From contig CAVRZA010000002.1 in NCBI GenBank assembly GCA_963725665.1, forward strand, positions 288,001 through 352,000: a stretch of 64,000 bases of DNA, written 5' to 3'. The notes under the pieces were generated by a model. That model had not been told where the DNA came from and did not search any database. It was given only the letters and a program-made list of their open reading frames with translations. Shown here in pieces: positions 47,540 to 58,400 of the stretch. Position numbers and translations under genes: made by a program. The stretch's first letter is position 1, and each line of letters opens with the position of its first letter. This DNA is from an uncultured Actinomycetes bacterium. Lineage in GTDB: Bacteria; Actinomycetota; Thermoleophilia; UBA2241.

Positions 47540-48208
47540 TCACCAGTACCTGGTGACCGGCGGCGCCTCGAGCGCCGCGCGCAGCGCCCGCTGTGCATCG
47601 CCGATCACGGCCGGTCCATGTGTGACGAGGACGTGAGCGACATCGAGCGCCGCCAGGGGTTGCAGGGTGGGCAGGAACCGCTCGTTGTACCAGGTGGGCT
47701 CGACGCGCCCCTGCGCCCAGATACGCAGGCTCCCATCGGGCATGCCGACCACGGCGTCCCCGAAAGCGAGGGCGCGCCGCGAAGGGAAGTACAGGGGAGT
47801 CTCGTACCGTCTCGGTCTGCCAATGGCGACGGCGCGCGCGAGCGGCCCCAGCGGCGCGCCAACGTCGATGTGCTCGAGCGGCGTGCCGGGATTCGTGAAC
47901 CGCTTGCCCACCGCGGGGTGCCCCCAGATCCGCGTCTCGACCGTCTCGTGCCAGTCCCACCAGAGCTTCTCGGCGCTGCGTGTGTGGTAGGGGATGGTGA
48001 TGAGCAGGTCGATCCGTGGCGCGGTGCGCGTGAGGCCGTCGAGCTGTCGCAGGAGTGCGTCGCCTGCCGGCCCGTCTGGCAGCAGGGGGTCGACGAGGGC
48101 CAGTCCCTCGGGAGCGGTCAGGGCGTAGCACGCCACCTCCTCGGCGCTGGTGCGGTACTCCGGGTGTGGCGCGGTCCAGCGGTAGACGCCGGGGCTGAGT
48201 TGCTTCAT
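47540..48208 (-). CDS. Metallo-beta-lactamase-fold protein
   Basis: LVDPLLP, ITIPYHTRSA, FGDA and LVTHG. Confidence 0.7.
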   Translation of the reverse strand: MKQLSPGVYRWTAPHPEYRTSAEEVACYALTAPEGLALVDPLLPDGPAGDALLRQLDGLTRTAPRIDLLITIPYHTRSAEKLWWDWHETVETRIWGHPAVGKRFTNPGTPLEHIDVGAPLGPLARAVAIGRPRRYETPLYFPSRRALAFGDAVVGMPDGSLRIWAQGRVEPTWYNERFLPTLQPLAALDVAHVLVTHGPAVIGDAQRALRAALEAPPVTRYW

Positions 48209-49080
48209 GACTGCCTCCCACCGTGTCGAGTGTCGTTGTCGGGTGTCGACGCCTCGTGTGGCGATGAGGCTATGATGCCCGCGCGCGCCGCCTTGGCCAA
48301 CGGGACCGGTGGCTCGTCCCCGGGGTAGTACCAGAAGCCCCTCGTCTGACCGCCGTCGACGACGAGCATCTCGCCGTTGACGTAGGACGCGTCGTCTGAG
48401 GCGAGGAAGAGGACGGCGGCGGCCTGCTCCTCGGGCCTCGCCGGGCGGCGCAGGGGTATGCGGCGCATCTGCTCGCGGTAGACGTCCGGGTCATCGAGGT
48501 CGTCGCCCAGCATCGGCGTCAGCGTGAGGCCCGGCGCGACGCTGTTGCAGCGCACGCCGAGGTGACCGAGCTCGTAGGCCATGCACTGCGTGAGCATGGT
48601 GAGGCCGGCCTTGGAGGCACAGTACGAGGCGTCGGGTGACTCCGCGTAGTAGGCGCAGATCGAGCTCACGTTGACGATGGCGCCGCCGCCCGCCGCGACC
48701 ATGTGGCGGGCGGCCTCCTGCGCGGCGACGAAAGCGCCGCTGAGGTTGCTGTCGAGGGTGTCGCACCAGCTCTCGTAGCTCATCTCCAGCACCGGCTCGC
48801 TGCGGGCGATGCCGGCGCAGTTGACGAGCACGTCGAGGCGGCCGGCGAGCTCGATCACACGGCGCACGACCTGCCTCACCGCCGCGGCGTCACGCACGTC
48901 GAGCGTCAGCACTTCGACGGAGCCCTCGCGCGCTGCGGCGCGCACCGCGTGAAGCTCGCGTTCGCGCCGCGCGGCCGCGAAGACGTGGCCGCCCTCGCGC
49001 GCGAACGCGAGCACGGTCGCACGTCCGATGCCGCTCGACCCTCCCGTCACGAGGACGGTCTTGCCCGCGAAGCGTTCCAT
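48205..49080 (-). CDS. Short-chain dehydrogenase/reductase
   Basis: TGGSSGIG, LVNCAG, NVSS, YCASK and VDGG. Confidence 0.93.
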   Translation of the reverse strand: MERFAGKTVLVTGGSSGIGRATVLAFAREGGHVFAAARRERELHAVRAAAREGSVEVLTLDVRDAAAVRQVVRRVIELAGRLDVLVNCAGIARSEPVLEMSYESWCDTLDSNLSGAFVAAQEAARHMVAAGGGAIVNVSSICAYYAESPDASYCASKAGLTMLTQCMAYELGHLGVRCNSVAPGLTLTPMLGDDLDDPDVYREQMRRIPLRRPARPEEQAAAVLFLASDDASYVNGEMLVVDGGQTRGFWYYPGDEPPVPLAKAARAGIIASSPHEASTPDNDTRHGGRQS

Positions 49081-49225
49081 GATCCACCTTTCGCCGCTGA
49101 CGTCGTGGCCGAGCCTAGGGGGGTGGCCGGAAGGGCGTCAAGATGCACGGCCCTGGAAGCGCCGACCTTGGGGTGCGGATGCGGTCTGGCCCAGAAGCTG
49201 CCGACGCGAGCTGTAGACTCCGCGG

Positions 49226-50174
49226 ATGGCACGTCTTCTGCTCATCGGCGTCGACTTCGACTCCTGCGCTCGCGACGGGGCGGTCGCCGACGCCGCCACC
49301 GAGCTGCGCCGTCTGGGACTGGTCGACCGGCTCGCGTTGCGCCACGACGTCGTCGACTGGGGGGAGCTCATCACCTCGGCGCCGGTAGCCGAACGGAGCG
49401 CCGCGTCGGGCCTGCTGAACGAGGAGGCTCTACTGCTGCTGGTACGGCGCCTGCGCGACGCCGTCGGCTACGGTCTGAGCGAGGATGCGACCCCGATGGT
49501 GTACGGCGCCGACTGCGCTGTCCTGCTGGGCGCGCTCGCCGGCGCGCGCGACGCACTGGGCGAGGTCGGTCTGGTCTTCGTCGACGGCCACGAGGACGCT
49601 TTCGACCTGGAGACGTCGCCCGACGGGCAGGCAGACCGACAGCGTGCTGGCGCTCGCCGCGGGGCTCACCGGTGAGCGTGTACCCGTCCCGTTGCGCGAG
49701 CTCCTGCCGGTCGTGCGGGCCGAGCGGCTGGCGCTGCTCGGCCCGCGCGACCGGCAGGAGCTCGCGGCGCACGGCCAATCCTCGCTGCGCGAACGGCTCG
49801 GCGAGGGCCTCTTCTTCGCGAGCGACGACGAGCTTCGCGAGGCGGGCTTCGCCGCCTGCGGGCGTGAGGCGGCGCTGGTGGCCGCGGGGGGTGGGGAGGA
49901 GCTGCGTGCGGGCAAGCCTGGGGCCCGGGCCGGCCGCTGGTGGCTGCACATCGACTTCGACGTACTGAGCGGCGGGGCTTTTCCGGCGCAGGATTCTCTC
50001 TCGTTGGGCGGTCTCTCGTGGCAGGAGCTTCTCGAGCTCGTCTCGGCGGCCCTCGGCGTGCGCGGCTGCTGCGGCGTCTCGCTCGTGATCTACAACCCCG
50101 AGCTCGATCCCGACCACGTCGTCGGCAGGCTGATCGTCGACTTCGCCGAGCGCCTCGCGGCGCTGCTCACCTAG
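49226..50174 (+). CDS. Arginase/ureohydrolase family protein; frameshift near 49620-49640
   Basis: GADCAVLLG and FVDGHED in one frame; [20 protein letters not shown] and IYNPELD in the next. Confidence 0.82.
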
Positions 50175-50386
50175 CCGCTGCGCGTCGACCCGGCGCCGCG
50201 GTCTTCGTCGGGCGCGGCGGCCGGCGGGCCATCGGCCCGCCGGCCGCCGCGCCGCTTGCGCACCGCTTCGCGCAGGATGTACTCGACCTGGGCGTTCACG
50301 CTGCGCAGCTCTTCGGCGGCCCACCCTTCGAGCTGCCGCCAGAGCTCGGGGTCGATGCGCAAGAGGAACTGTTTGCGCGCGGCCAC
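50171..50386 (-). CDS. Small ribbon-helix-helix (Arc-like) DNA-binding protein
   Basis: [38 protein letters not shown]; downstream of the SPFH gene. Confidence 0.85.
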   Translation of the reverse strand: MAARKQFLLRIDPELWRQLEGWAAEELRSVNAQVEYILREAVRKRRGGRRADGPPAAAPDEDRGAGSTRSG

Positions 50387-50511
50387 GTCAGATCACCGAG
50401 CAGACATGAGAGGCCGACGGCCGACATGGGCGCCGTCGCGCGCCGTCAGAGGCGCGAGGCCAGGTCGGGAGCTGCCGACCGTCATCGGCACGAAGCCCAC
50501 TGCCCGCGCGG

Positions 50512-51492
50512 TCACTGATACAGCGTGCCGGTGTTGACGACCGGGGTCACCTGCGACTCGCCGCAGAGGACGACCATGAGGTTGCTCACCATCGAGGCCT
50601 TGCGCTCCTCGTCGAGCTCGACGACGTTCTTCTCCGAGAGCTGCACGAGCGCCATGTCGACCATGCCGACGGCGCCCTGCACGATCTTCTGCCGCGCGGC
50701 GATGATGGCCTCGGCCTGCTGCCGGCGGAGCATGGCCTGGGCGATCTCGGGGGCGTAGGCGAGATGCGTGAGGCGCGCCTCGTCGACGGCGACCCCGGCC
50801 TTGGCAAGGCGCTCCTGGAGCTCCTCGCGCAGCGCCTGCGAGACCTCGTCGACGTTGCCGCGCAGGGTGATCTCAGCGGTGGCGTCCTCTCCCTGATCGT
50901 AGGAGTAGGCGCTCGCCAGGTGCCGTACCGCCGTCTCGCTCTGCATCGCCACATACGCCTGGTAGTCGTCGACATCGAACATCGCCTGCGCCATGTCGGC
51001 GACGTGCCAGACGACGACGGCCGCGATCTCGATGGGATTGCCGCGCTGGTCGTTCACCTTGATGCGCTCGCCGGGCAGCGTCCTGGCGCGCAGGGACACC
51101 TTGTAGCGGCCTAGCGTCCGGCCACCGTCAGGACTCTCCTTCCCGCTTTTCTTGAGGGCCTGACTGAGCGACCTCTGGCTGCCGCCGTTGGCGTAGAACG
51201 GGCTGCCCCAGTGGAAGCCGACCTGACGCATGGTGCCGCGGTAGTGGCCGAAGAGGATCAGCACGCGCCCCTCATTGGGCTGCAGCGTGAAGAAGCCCGG
51301 CATGGAGAGCACACTGAGACCCAGCAGCACCAAACCGAGCCACACCTGTACGCTGAGACCCAGCAGCACGACACCGGCCCACACCGATGCCACGGGGAAG
51401 ATGAGCAGGGCAATCCCCCCGACGAGCAGGGCGATGGTGATGGGCAGCATCACCCAGCCGCTCACGACCTTGCGTTCGCGTTCGTGACTCAT
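50512..51492 (-). CDS. SPFH/band-7 domain membrane protein
   Basis: [47 protein letters not shown] and [11 protein letters not shown]. Confidence 0.93.
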   Translation of the reverse strand: MSHERERKVVSGWVMLPITIALLVGGIALLIFPVASVWAGVVLLGLSVQVWLGLVLLGLSVLSMPGFFTLQPNEGRVLILFGHYRGTMRQVGFHWGSPFYANGGSQRSLSQALKKSGKESPDGGRTLGRYKVSLRARTLPGERIKVNDQRGNPIEIAAVVVWHVADMAQAMFDVDDYQAYVAMQSETAVRHLASAYSYDQGEDATAEITLRGNVDEVSQALREELQERLAKAGVAVDEARLTHLAYAPEIAQAMLRRQQAEAIIAARQKIVQGAVGMVDMALVQLSEKNVVELDEERKASMVSNLMVVLCGESQVTPVVNTGTLYQ

Positions 51493-51659
51493 CGTGATCC
51501 CTCCGTTCGAGGCGGCCCCGCGCCGAACCTGCGGCGCGAGAGGAGACCGTCTCCGCTTCTGGTAGCATGATGATATCATGAAGAAATCGGCAAACAAGGG
51601 TCACAGTTGGGCCGAGGATGCGGAGGTGGATTGTGCCGGCGCGCGCTTGCAGGAAGCGG

Positions 51660-51702
51660 ACGGGCGGGGCGCGGCTCGCCTTGCGAGCCGCGCCCCGCCC
51701 GT
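51660..51702 (-). terminator. Perfect 20-bp hairpin downstream of hdrB
   Basis: ACGGGCGGGGCGCGGCTCGC-CTT-GCGAGCCGCGCCCCGCCCGT. Confidence 0.72.
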
Positions 51703-51728
51703 GACAGTGGCGCTTCTGAGGCGAGCGG

Positions 51729-52610
51729 CTAGACCGCTGCCCCAGCCCCCCGCAACACCGGCTCGACGGGCACCATGTGCCTGCCGAAGCCGAGCCTCGC
51801 GGTAGGCACGCCGACCGCGAGACCGACGAGCTGCGAGAGGTAGAGGACCGGCAGCTTCACGAACCCTGGGTCCGCGGCCGCGATCTCCTCCTGGCGCGTG
51901 TCGAGGTTGGCCTGGCAGAGCGGACAGGCGCTGACGACCATCTCGGCGCCGGCGGCGGACGCATCGGTGAGGATCTTGCGCGTCAGTTCGACGACCACGG
52001 ACTGCTCGCAGAGCGCCAGCGAGGCTCCGCAGCAGTCGGTCTTGTACGACCAGTCGACGGGCCTCGCGCCCAGCACCTCGAGGATCTCGTCCATGTGCAT
52101 CGGGTATTCCGGGTCCTCGGCCGAGGTGACCTTGGGTGGACGGGTGAGCAGGCAGCCGTAGTAGGCGGCCACCTTGACCCCGCCCAGCGAGTGGCGCGCC
52201 CGGCGCTCGAGCTCCTCAAGCCCCACGAGGTCGTAGAAGACGTCGATGAGGTTGTCGACCTCGACGCCGCCGGTGAACGTGCGTCCCACGACGCGCTGGA
52301 TGTCGGCGTGCCGCGCCTCGTCCTTCATGTCGTGCAGCGTGACCATGAAGCGCGAGAAGCAGGCCGCGCAGGGCACGACGACGGTGTCGAGGCCGAGGTT
52401 GCTCTTGACCTTCCAGAGCTCGTTATAGGGCAGGGCGGCCGCCAGCAGCCGCGAGCGTGCGTGGGCGGCCGTGTTGCCGCAGCACTCCCAGCCGGGGATC
52501 TCGTCGAGCTGGATGTCGAAAGCCTCGAGGCTCGCCCGGAACGACCCATCGAGCTCCTTGGCCGTGCCGTGCAGCGAGCACCCGGGGTAGTAGGCGACCC
52601 GGCGGCTCAT
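51729..52610 (-). CDS. hdrB: Heterodisulfide reductase subunit B-like
   Basis: Two CCG domains: YYPGC..ECCG..PCAAC and YYGC..DCCG..ACPLC. Confidence 0.93.
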   Translation of the reverse strand: MSRRVAYYPGCSLHGTAKELDGSFRASLEAFDIQLDEIPGWECCGNTAAHARSRLLAAALPYNELWKVKSNLGLDTVVVPCAACFSRFMVTLHDMKDEARHADIQRVVGRTFTGGVEVDNLIDVFYDLVGLEELERRARHSLGGVKVAAYYGCLLTRPPKVTSAEDPEYPMHMDEILEVLGARPVDWSYKTDCCGASLALCEQSVVVELTRKILTDASAAGAEMVVSACPLCQANLDTRQEEIAAADPGFVKLPVLYLSQLVGLAVGVPTARLGFGRHMVPVEPVLRGAGAAV

Positions 52611-53224
52611 CGCGCACCCCCGGTGAGCGCGGGCGCGGGCCGCTTCGCGACGCGCCCGCGCGCCGCCGCCCTCTCGCTCTCGATCTTCTCGGCTTCGGCG
52701 ACCATGCGCTTCATCTGCTTGCGGTCGCCGAACGCCGGGCGCAGCGACAGCTTGCCCTTAGTGAACATCTTCACGCCCAGGAGGGCGTCGTCCATCATCG
52801 TGCGCGGGCGCATGAACTTGTAACGCGCGATGAGCTCGATCTCGTAGAGACGGCCCCAGCGGACGATGGAGTCGAAGTTGTACTGCAATATGTCGGCGAA
52901 GGGCCGGTCCTTGGGAACCAGGCCCTCTTGCCACGAGATGGCGCGCAGCTCGTCCATCACCGCGGCGACGTCGATCTCCTGCGGGCAGCGGGTCGAGCAG
53001 GTCACGCAGCCCGTGCAGAGCCAGATGAACCGCGACTCGACGGCCGCGTCGAGGTCGCCGAGCTGCACGGCGCGGATGATCTGCGCCGGGTGCAGGTCGC
53101 CCATGGGCGCCACGGGGCAGCCGACCGTGCAGCGCTTGCACTGATAGCACTTGTAGACGTTCTCACCCAGGTCAGCCGCGACCGCTCTGGCCGCGGTGGT
53201 GTCGATGGCGACCGTGGGACTCAT
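52607..53224 (-). CDS. hdrC: Heterodisulfide reductase subunit C-like
   Basis: CYQCKRCTVGCP and WLCTGCVTCSTRCP. Confidence 0.92.
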   Translation of the reverse strand: MSPTVAIDTTAARAVAADLGENVYKCYQCKRCTVGCPVAPMGDLHPAQIIRAVQLGDLDAAVESRFIWLCTGCVTCSTRCPQEIDVAAVMDELRAISWQEGLVPKDRPFADILQYNFDSIVRWGRLYEIELIARYKFMRPRTMMDDALLGVKMFTKGKLSLRPAFGDRKQMKRMVAEAEKIESERAAARGRVAKRPAPALTGGAR

Positions 53225-53225
53225 C

Positions 53226-54170
53226 CTAGTTCACCACCGGCCGCGGCAGCAGCCCGGCCATCTCGACGATCTCGGGCACCGCGGGCTCCCACTCGACCGC
53301 CATGACGTGCACGCCGGCGACGCCCTCGATCTCGGCGATCTCCTTGATCATCTCGGCGCCGAGCTTCTTGCCTTCTTCCTGCTGCGGGGCGCCCTTCTCC
53401 TTGGCGGCGATGCGGTCGACGATCTCCTGGGGTACTTCGAGTCCGGGCACGAAGTTCTGCATGTACTTCGCCATGCCGGCGCCCTTGATAGGCGTGATGC
53501 CGGCGAGGATCTTGATCTCCTTGTGCAGGCCCAGGGCGCGCACCATCTCCATCCACTTCTTGAACTTGGGGATGTTGAAGATGCACTGCGTCTGCACGAA
53601 ATCGGCGCCGGCCTCGATCTTCTTCTTGAGACGCAGGGCGCGGTACTCGAAGGGGTCGCCGAAGGGGTTCTCGGCACAGCCGATGAACAACCGCGGCTCG
53701 ACCGGCATCTCGTCGCCGCACTGGAACTTCTTCTCGTCACGCATGTCCTTGAACATGCGGATGAGCTGGACGCTGTCGATGTCGTGGACGCCCCTCGCCT
53801 GGGGGTGGTTGCCGAAGCTCATGTGGTCGCCGGTCAGGCAGAGGATGTTGTGGATGCCCAGTGCCACCGCGCCGAGGATGTCGGCCTGCATCGCGAGACG
53901 ATTGCGATCGCGGCAGGTCATCTGCATGATGGCCTCCATGCCGTTCTGCTGGGCGATGTAGCCCGAGGCCATGGAGCAGATGCGCACCACGGCGGTCTGG
54001 TTGTCGGTGATGTTGCAGGCGTCGACGTAGCCGTTGAGGAGCTTCGCCTTCTCGGCGATGATGGTGCCGTCGGCGCTCTTCGGCGGACCGCACTCGCCGG
54101 TGACGGAGAACTTGCCGGCGGCGAGGATCTTCTCGAGATTGCTGCCGGATTTCAGTCCGTTGCCGCTCAT
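53226..54170 (-). CDS. metF: 5,10-methylenetetrahydrofolate reductase
   Basis: VTGECGPPK, NITDNQ, QMTCRDRNR, LCLTGD and KKIEAGADFVQTQ. Confidence 0.95.
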   Translation of the reverse strand: MSGNGLKSGSNLEKILAAGKFSVTGECGPPKSADGTIIAEKAKLLNGYVDACNITDNQTAVVRICSMASGYIAQQNGMEAIMQMTCRDRNRLAMQADILGAVALGIHNILCLTGDHMSFGNHPQARGVHDIDSVQLIRMFKDMRDEKKFQCGDEMPVEPRLFIGCAENPFGDPFEYRALRLKKKIEAGADFVQTQCIFNIPKFKKWMEMVRALGLHKEIKILAGITPIKGAGMAKYMQNFVPGLEVPQEIVDRIAAKEKGAPQQEEGKKLGAEMIKEIAEIEGVAGVHVMAVEWEPAVPEIVEMAGLLPRPVVN

Positions 54171-54850
54171 ACCGGCTTCGCCTCCTCACGCACCATCTTG
54201 CGCGGCCCGCCGCTGTTGCTCTTGCTCCAGTCCTTCGGGGGAGTGTTGCGCAGGAGCAGGTCTTCGCGTCCCTGCGCGTAGAGCTTGTCGTGGATGAGCT
54301 GCCAGGCGCAGTCGATCTCTTCCTTGTTGGGGCCGGTGACCTCGCACTTGCCGTCGTGGCTGCCGCCGCAGGGCCCGTTCATGAGGCTCTTGGAGCAGCG
54401 CGCCACGGGGCAGATGCCGCCGGTCTCGCCCAGGACGCAGTCGCCGCAGGCGGCGCAGCGCTCGAGCCAGACGGCGTGCTCCTGGGGCATGCCCAGCATG
54501 TTGGTATTGACGGCCGGGAGGACGAGGGTCTCGGTGAACTTCTCGGCCATCGACTGGATGCCGATGCCGCAGGCCATGCTGATCACGACGGGGTACTCGG
54601 CCACCTTCTCGGCGATCATGTCGAGGTACTCCCACTCACACTGGCGGATGGCCGCGGTGTGCTCGCACTTGAGCTCGCGGCCGTCGTCTTTGGCCTTGAT
54701 GCGCAGCTCGCTGGCGAGGATCTCGGCCTCCTTCTCGCCGCCCGTGAGACACACGGCCACACAGGTCTCACATCCGGCGACGAGCACCTTGTCCTTGCCC
54801 TCGACCAGGCCGAGGATCTCGTCGAACGGCTTGCGTTCAGCAGTGATCAT
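54167..54850 (-). CDS. metV: Methylene-THF reductase Zn/FeS subunit MetV
   Basis: GCETCVAVC, RQCE, MACGIG and ERCAACGDC...GGICPVARCSKSLMNGPCGG...C...CAW. Confidence 0.93.
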   Translation of the reverse strand: MITAERKPFDEILGLVEGKDKVLVAGCETCVAVCLTGGEKEAEILASELRIKAKDDGRELKCEHTAAIRQCEWEYLDMIAEKVAEYPVVISMACGIGIQSMAEKFTETLVLPAVNTNMLGMPQEHAVWLERCAACGDCVLGETGGICPVARCSKSLMNGPCGGSHDGKCEVTGPNKEEIDCAWQLIHDKLYAQGREDLLLRNTPPKDWSKSNSGGPRKMVREEAKPV

Positions 54851-55458
54851 TGCGCCTGTCCTTCCTCAACGTTTGCCGCGGGGCCCGGGGCGGCGCTCTC
54901 CGCGACCGGTTCGCCGCCGACGCCCGCCACGGCGGCGTGAGCCGCCTCGACGGGCGAGACGTCGTCGCGACGTAGCGGACTGGGGCCGAGCGCCCTGATG
55001 CGTTCGGTGAACTCGGTGGCGATCTCCGCGAAGCGGGGGCCCATCGCCGACGAGAGGTTGTACATCTCGACGCGCCCGGCCTCGAGCCCCATCTCCTCGA
55101 GCAGCTTCTTGACGTAGTCAATCCGCCGGCGCGCCCAGAGGTTGCCCTTGAGATAGTGACACTCGCCCTCCATGCAGCCGGCGGCGTAGACGCCGTCAGC
55201 GCCGGCCTCGAGGGCCTTGAGCACGTGGATGACCTCGAGCTTGCCCGTGCAGGGCAGCTTGATGATGCGGATCGTCGGCGGGTACTGCAGGCGCATGCTG
55301 CCGGCCAGGTCGGCCGCCGCGTAGGCGCAGTAGTGGCAGGCGAAGACGATGATCTCGGGCTGCACGCCCTCGGGCCACTCCTTCGGCGGAGCGGTCTCCT
55401 CGACGGCGGTCGGGACTTCGTCGCCCGCCACAGCCGCGCTCGTCTGCGCCTGAGTCAT
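54847..55458 (-). CDS. mvhD: MvhD [2Fe-2S] subunit
   Basis: FACHYCAYAAADLAG, LPCTGK, GCMEGECHY and IRALGPSP. Confidence 0.94.
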   Translation of the reverse strand: MTQAQTSAAVAGDEVPTAVEETAPPKEWPEGVQPEIIVFACHYCAYAAADLAGSMRLQYPPTIRIIKLPCTGKLEVIHVLKALEAGADGVYAAGCMEGECHYLKGNLWARRRIDYVKKLLEEMGLEAGRVEMYNLSSAMGPRFAEIATEFTERIRALGPSPLRRDDVSPVEAAHAAVAGVGGEPVAESAAPGPAANVEEGQAQ

Positions 55459-55469
55459 GTTGGCCTCCA

Positions 55470-58400
55470 CTAGCGCACCTCCCCCGCATCGATGGCCGCG
55501 GCAAAGTGCGGTGACGCCTCTCTGAACGCCTCTTCTTTGGCGAAGATCTGCTCGTCGGTGTAGTGATGCAGAGTGATGGCCTTGGCCGGACACTCGCCCA
55601 CGCAGACGCCGCAGCCCTGACAGGCGGCCGCCTCGATCTTCGCCTTCTTGGTCTCGAGGTCGATGATCGGCACCTCGTAGGGGCAGACGCGCACGCAGGT
55701 GAGGCAGGCGGCGCACTTCTCGGTGTCGACCTCGGCCACGACGCCACCCGCTTTGAGGGTGGCCTTGGCGAGGATCGCTGCCGCGCGGGCCGCCGCCGCA
55801 TAGGCTTGCGAAATCGACTCGTCGATCGACTTCGGATAGTGAGCCGAGCCGCAGAGGAAGATGCCCTCGCTGGCGAAGTCGACGGGGCGCAGCTTGACGT
55901 GCGCCTCGAGGAAGAAGCCGTCGGCCGTGAGCGGCACCTTGAGCATCTGCGAGAGCACGTCGTTGCCCTCATTGGGTACTGTCGGAGTGGCGAGCACCAA
56001 GAGGTCGAGTGGCATCTCAATGGACTTCTTCAGGGCGGCTTCGCTATAGGCGATCGAGAGCGAGCCGTTGGCGTCGACCTTCGGCTCCGAACCGTTGGCG
56101 TAGCGGGTGAAGATCACGCCCAGCTCGCGCGCCTTGGTGTAGTACTCCTCGCTGAGCCCGAAGGTGCGGACGTCCTTGTACCAGACATACACCGGCCGGT
56201 CCGGATCCATTTCCTTGAGGCGAATGGCGTTCTTGATCGACTGCAGGCAGCAGGTGCGCGAGCAATAGGGCTTGTTCTCGTCGAGCGAGCCGGCGCAAAG
56301 GATCATGCCGACCGACTTGACCTCCTCGAGCCGGGGGTCACCCTCGGCGAACATGCGCTCGAGGTCCATCTGTGTGACGACCTTCTGGCTCGAGCCGAGG
56401 CCGTAGAGCTCGGGGCGCTGTTCTTGCGAGCCCGTGGCCACCATGACGATGCCGTGGTCGATCGGCGTGCGCTTGCCGTCGGACTCCTTGACGACGCTCG
56501 AGAAGTTGCCGATGAAGCCGTGGAAGTCGACCAGCTCGGCCTCGAGGTGGATGCGCACGTTGGGGTTGTCGATCAGGCGCTGCTCGAGCTCCTTGAGGAA
56601 GACCTTGGGGTCGCTTCCGCGGATCGTGTTGTCGATGTCGAGGACACGTCCACCGAGCTTGGCGCTGCGCTCGACGAGGTGGACCTCGTGGCCCATCTCA
56701 CCGAGCGCGAGCGCGGCCGTCATGCCGGCCACACCGCCGCCGACCACGAGTGCCGCGTGCGTGAGCGGTACGTCCAGCTTGTAGAGCGGGTCGAGTAGCC
56801 GCGCGCGGGCGACGGCCATGCGGACGAGGTCCTTGGCTTTGTCGGTGGCTTCGTGTGGCCACTGCGCGTGCACCCACGAGCATTGGTCGCGGATGTTCGA
56901 CATCTCGAAGAGGAAGGGGTTGAGCCCCGCCTCCTGGAGCGTGTCCTGGAAGATCGGCTCGTGCGTGCGCGGCGTGCAGCTCGCCACGACGACGCGGTTG
57001 AGGTTCTCCTTCTCGATTGTCTCTCGGATGAGCGCCAGACTGTCGGACGAGCACGTGTAGAGCGTGTCGGTCGAGAAGACGACTCCGGGCAGCTTCAGGG
57101 CGTAGTCGGCCACACTTTCCACGTCGACGACGCCGGCGATGTTGGATCCGCAGTGGCAGATGAAGACGCCGACCCTCGGGTCTTGGCCCGCGACGTCCTT
57201 CTCCTCCGGGTACTGCTTCTCGACGGTCAGGGAACCGCGCGAGTCGGCGAGCCTGGTCATCGCTAGAGCAGCGGCGGCCGACGCCTGAGCTACCGAGTCG
57301 GGGATGTCTTTGGGTTCCGAGAAGGGACCGCAGACAAGAACGCCCTCGCGCCCCGTCTCGAGCGGCTTGAACTCCTCGAGCTCGCAGAAGCCGTGGCGGT
57401 TGAGGGCGATGCCGAGCTCGCCGGCGATTTCTTGCGCCTTGCGCGCGGGCTCGAGGCCGACGCTGAGGACGACCATGTCGTACTCGGCGGTGATCATGTC
57501 GCCGGCCTCGTTCTCGAGCGTGATGTAGAGGTTCTTGCTCAGAGGGTCCTCTTTGATCGACGACGGGCGCGAGCGGATGTACTTCACGCCGCGGTCGAGG
57601 GCGCGCTGGTAGAAGGCGTCGAAGCCCTTGCCCATGGCGCGCATGTCCATGAGAAGCACGTCGCAGTCGGCGCCGGGCAGGTGGTCCTGAGTCAGCATCG
57701 CCTGTTTGGTCGCGTACATGCAGCAGACGCTCGAACAGTACTCGTGCTCCTGATCGCGGGAGCCGACGCATTGGATGAAGGCGATGCGCTTCGGGTGGGC
57801 TTCGTCGGAGGGGCGCAGCACCTCTCCGACGGTGGGACCCGAGGCGGAGAGCATGCGCTCGTACTCGAGGGAAGAAAGGACGTTGGGATAGCGGCCGTAC
57901 CCGTGCTCGCCGTTGCGGCCGGGGTCGTAGGCGTCGAAGCCGGTCGCCATGATGACGGCGCCGATCTCGCGCTCGAGCTCGGCGTCTACTTCGTCGTGGA
58001 GCAGGGCGCCCGGCCCGCAGGCGCGCACGCACTCCATGCACTCCGAGCAGATGGCGCAGTTGAGACAGCGTTTGGCTTCGGCGACGGCCTGCTCAGGGGA
58101 GAAGCCGGTGTTGACCTCGTCCCAGGTGAGTCTGCGTGCCGCGCCCGGGAGCTGCGGCATGGGCATACGCGCCATGACCTCGGTCTTGCGCAGGATCTCC
58201 TCATCGGGTTTGGCCTCGGGCTTGAACTCGTCCCACACGGGCAAGAGCTCCTCGCCGCGCAGGTGGTTGTGGATGGCGCGCGCCCCGCGCCGGCCGGCGG
58301 CGATCGCCTCGATGGCGGTCCAGGGACCGACGGCGGCGGCGTCGCCGCCGGCGAACACACCCTTGCGTCCGGTCGCGCCGGTCTGCTTGTCGACGACGAT

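Noticed and set aside
53224-55472. Pyl read-through fusing hdrA to mvhD or metF to hdrC at their TAG stops
   Set aside because: The downstream genes are in different frames and have their own starts; the proteins are complete at the TAG.
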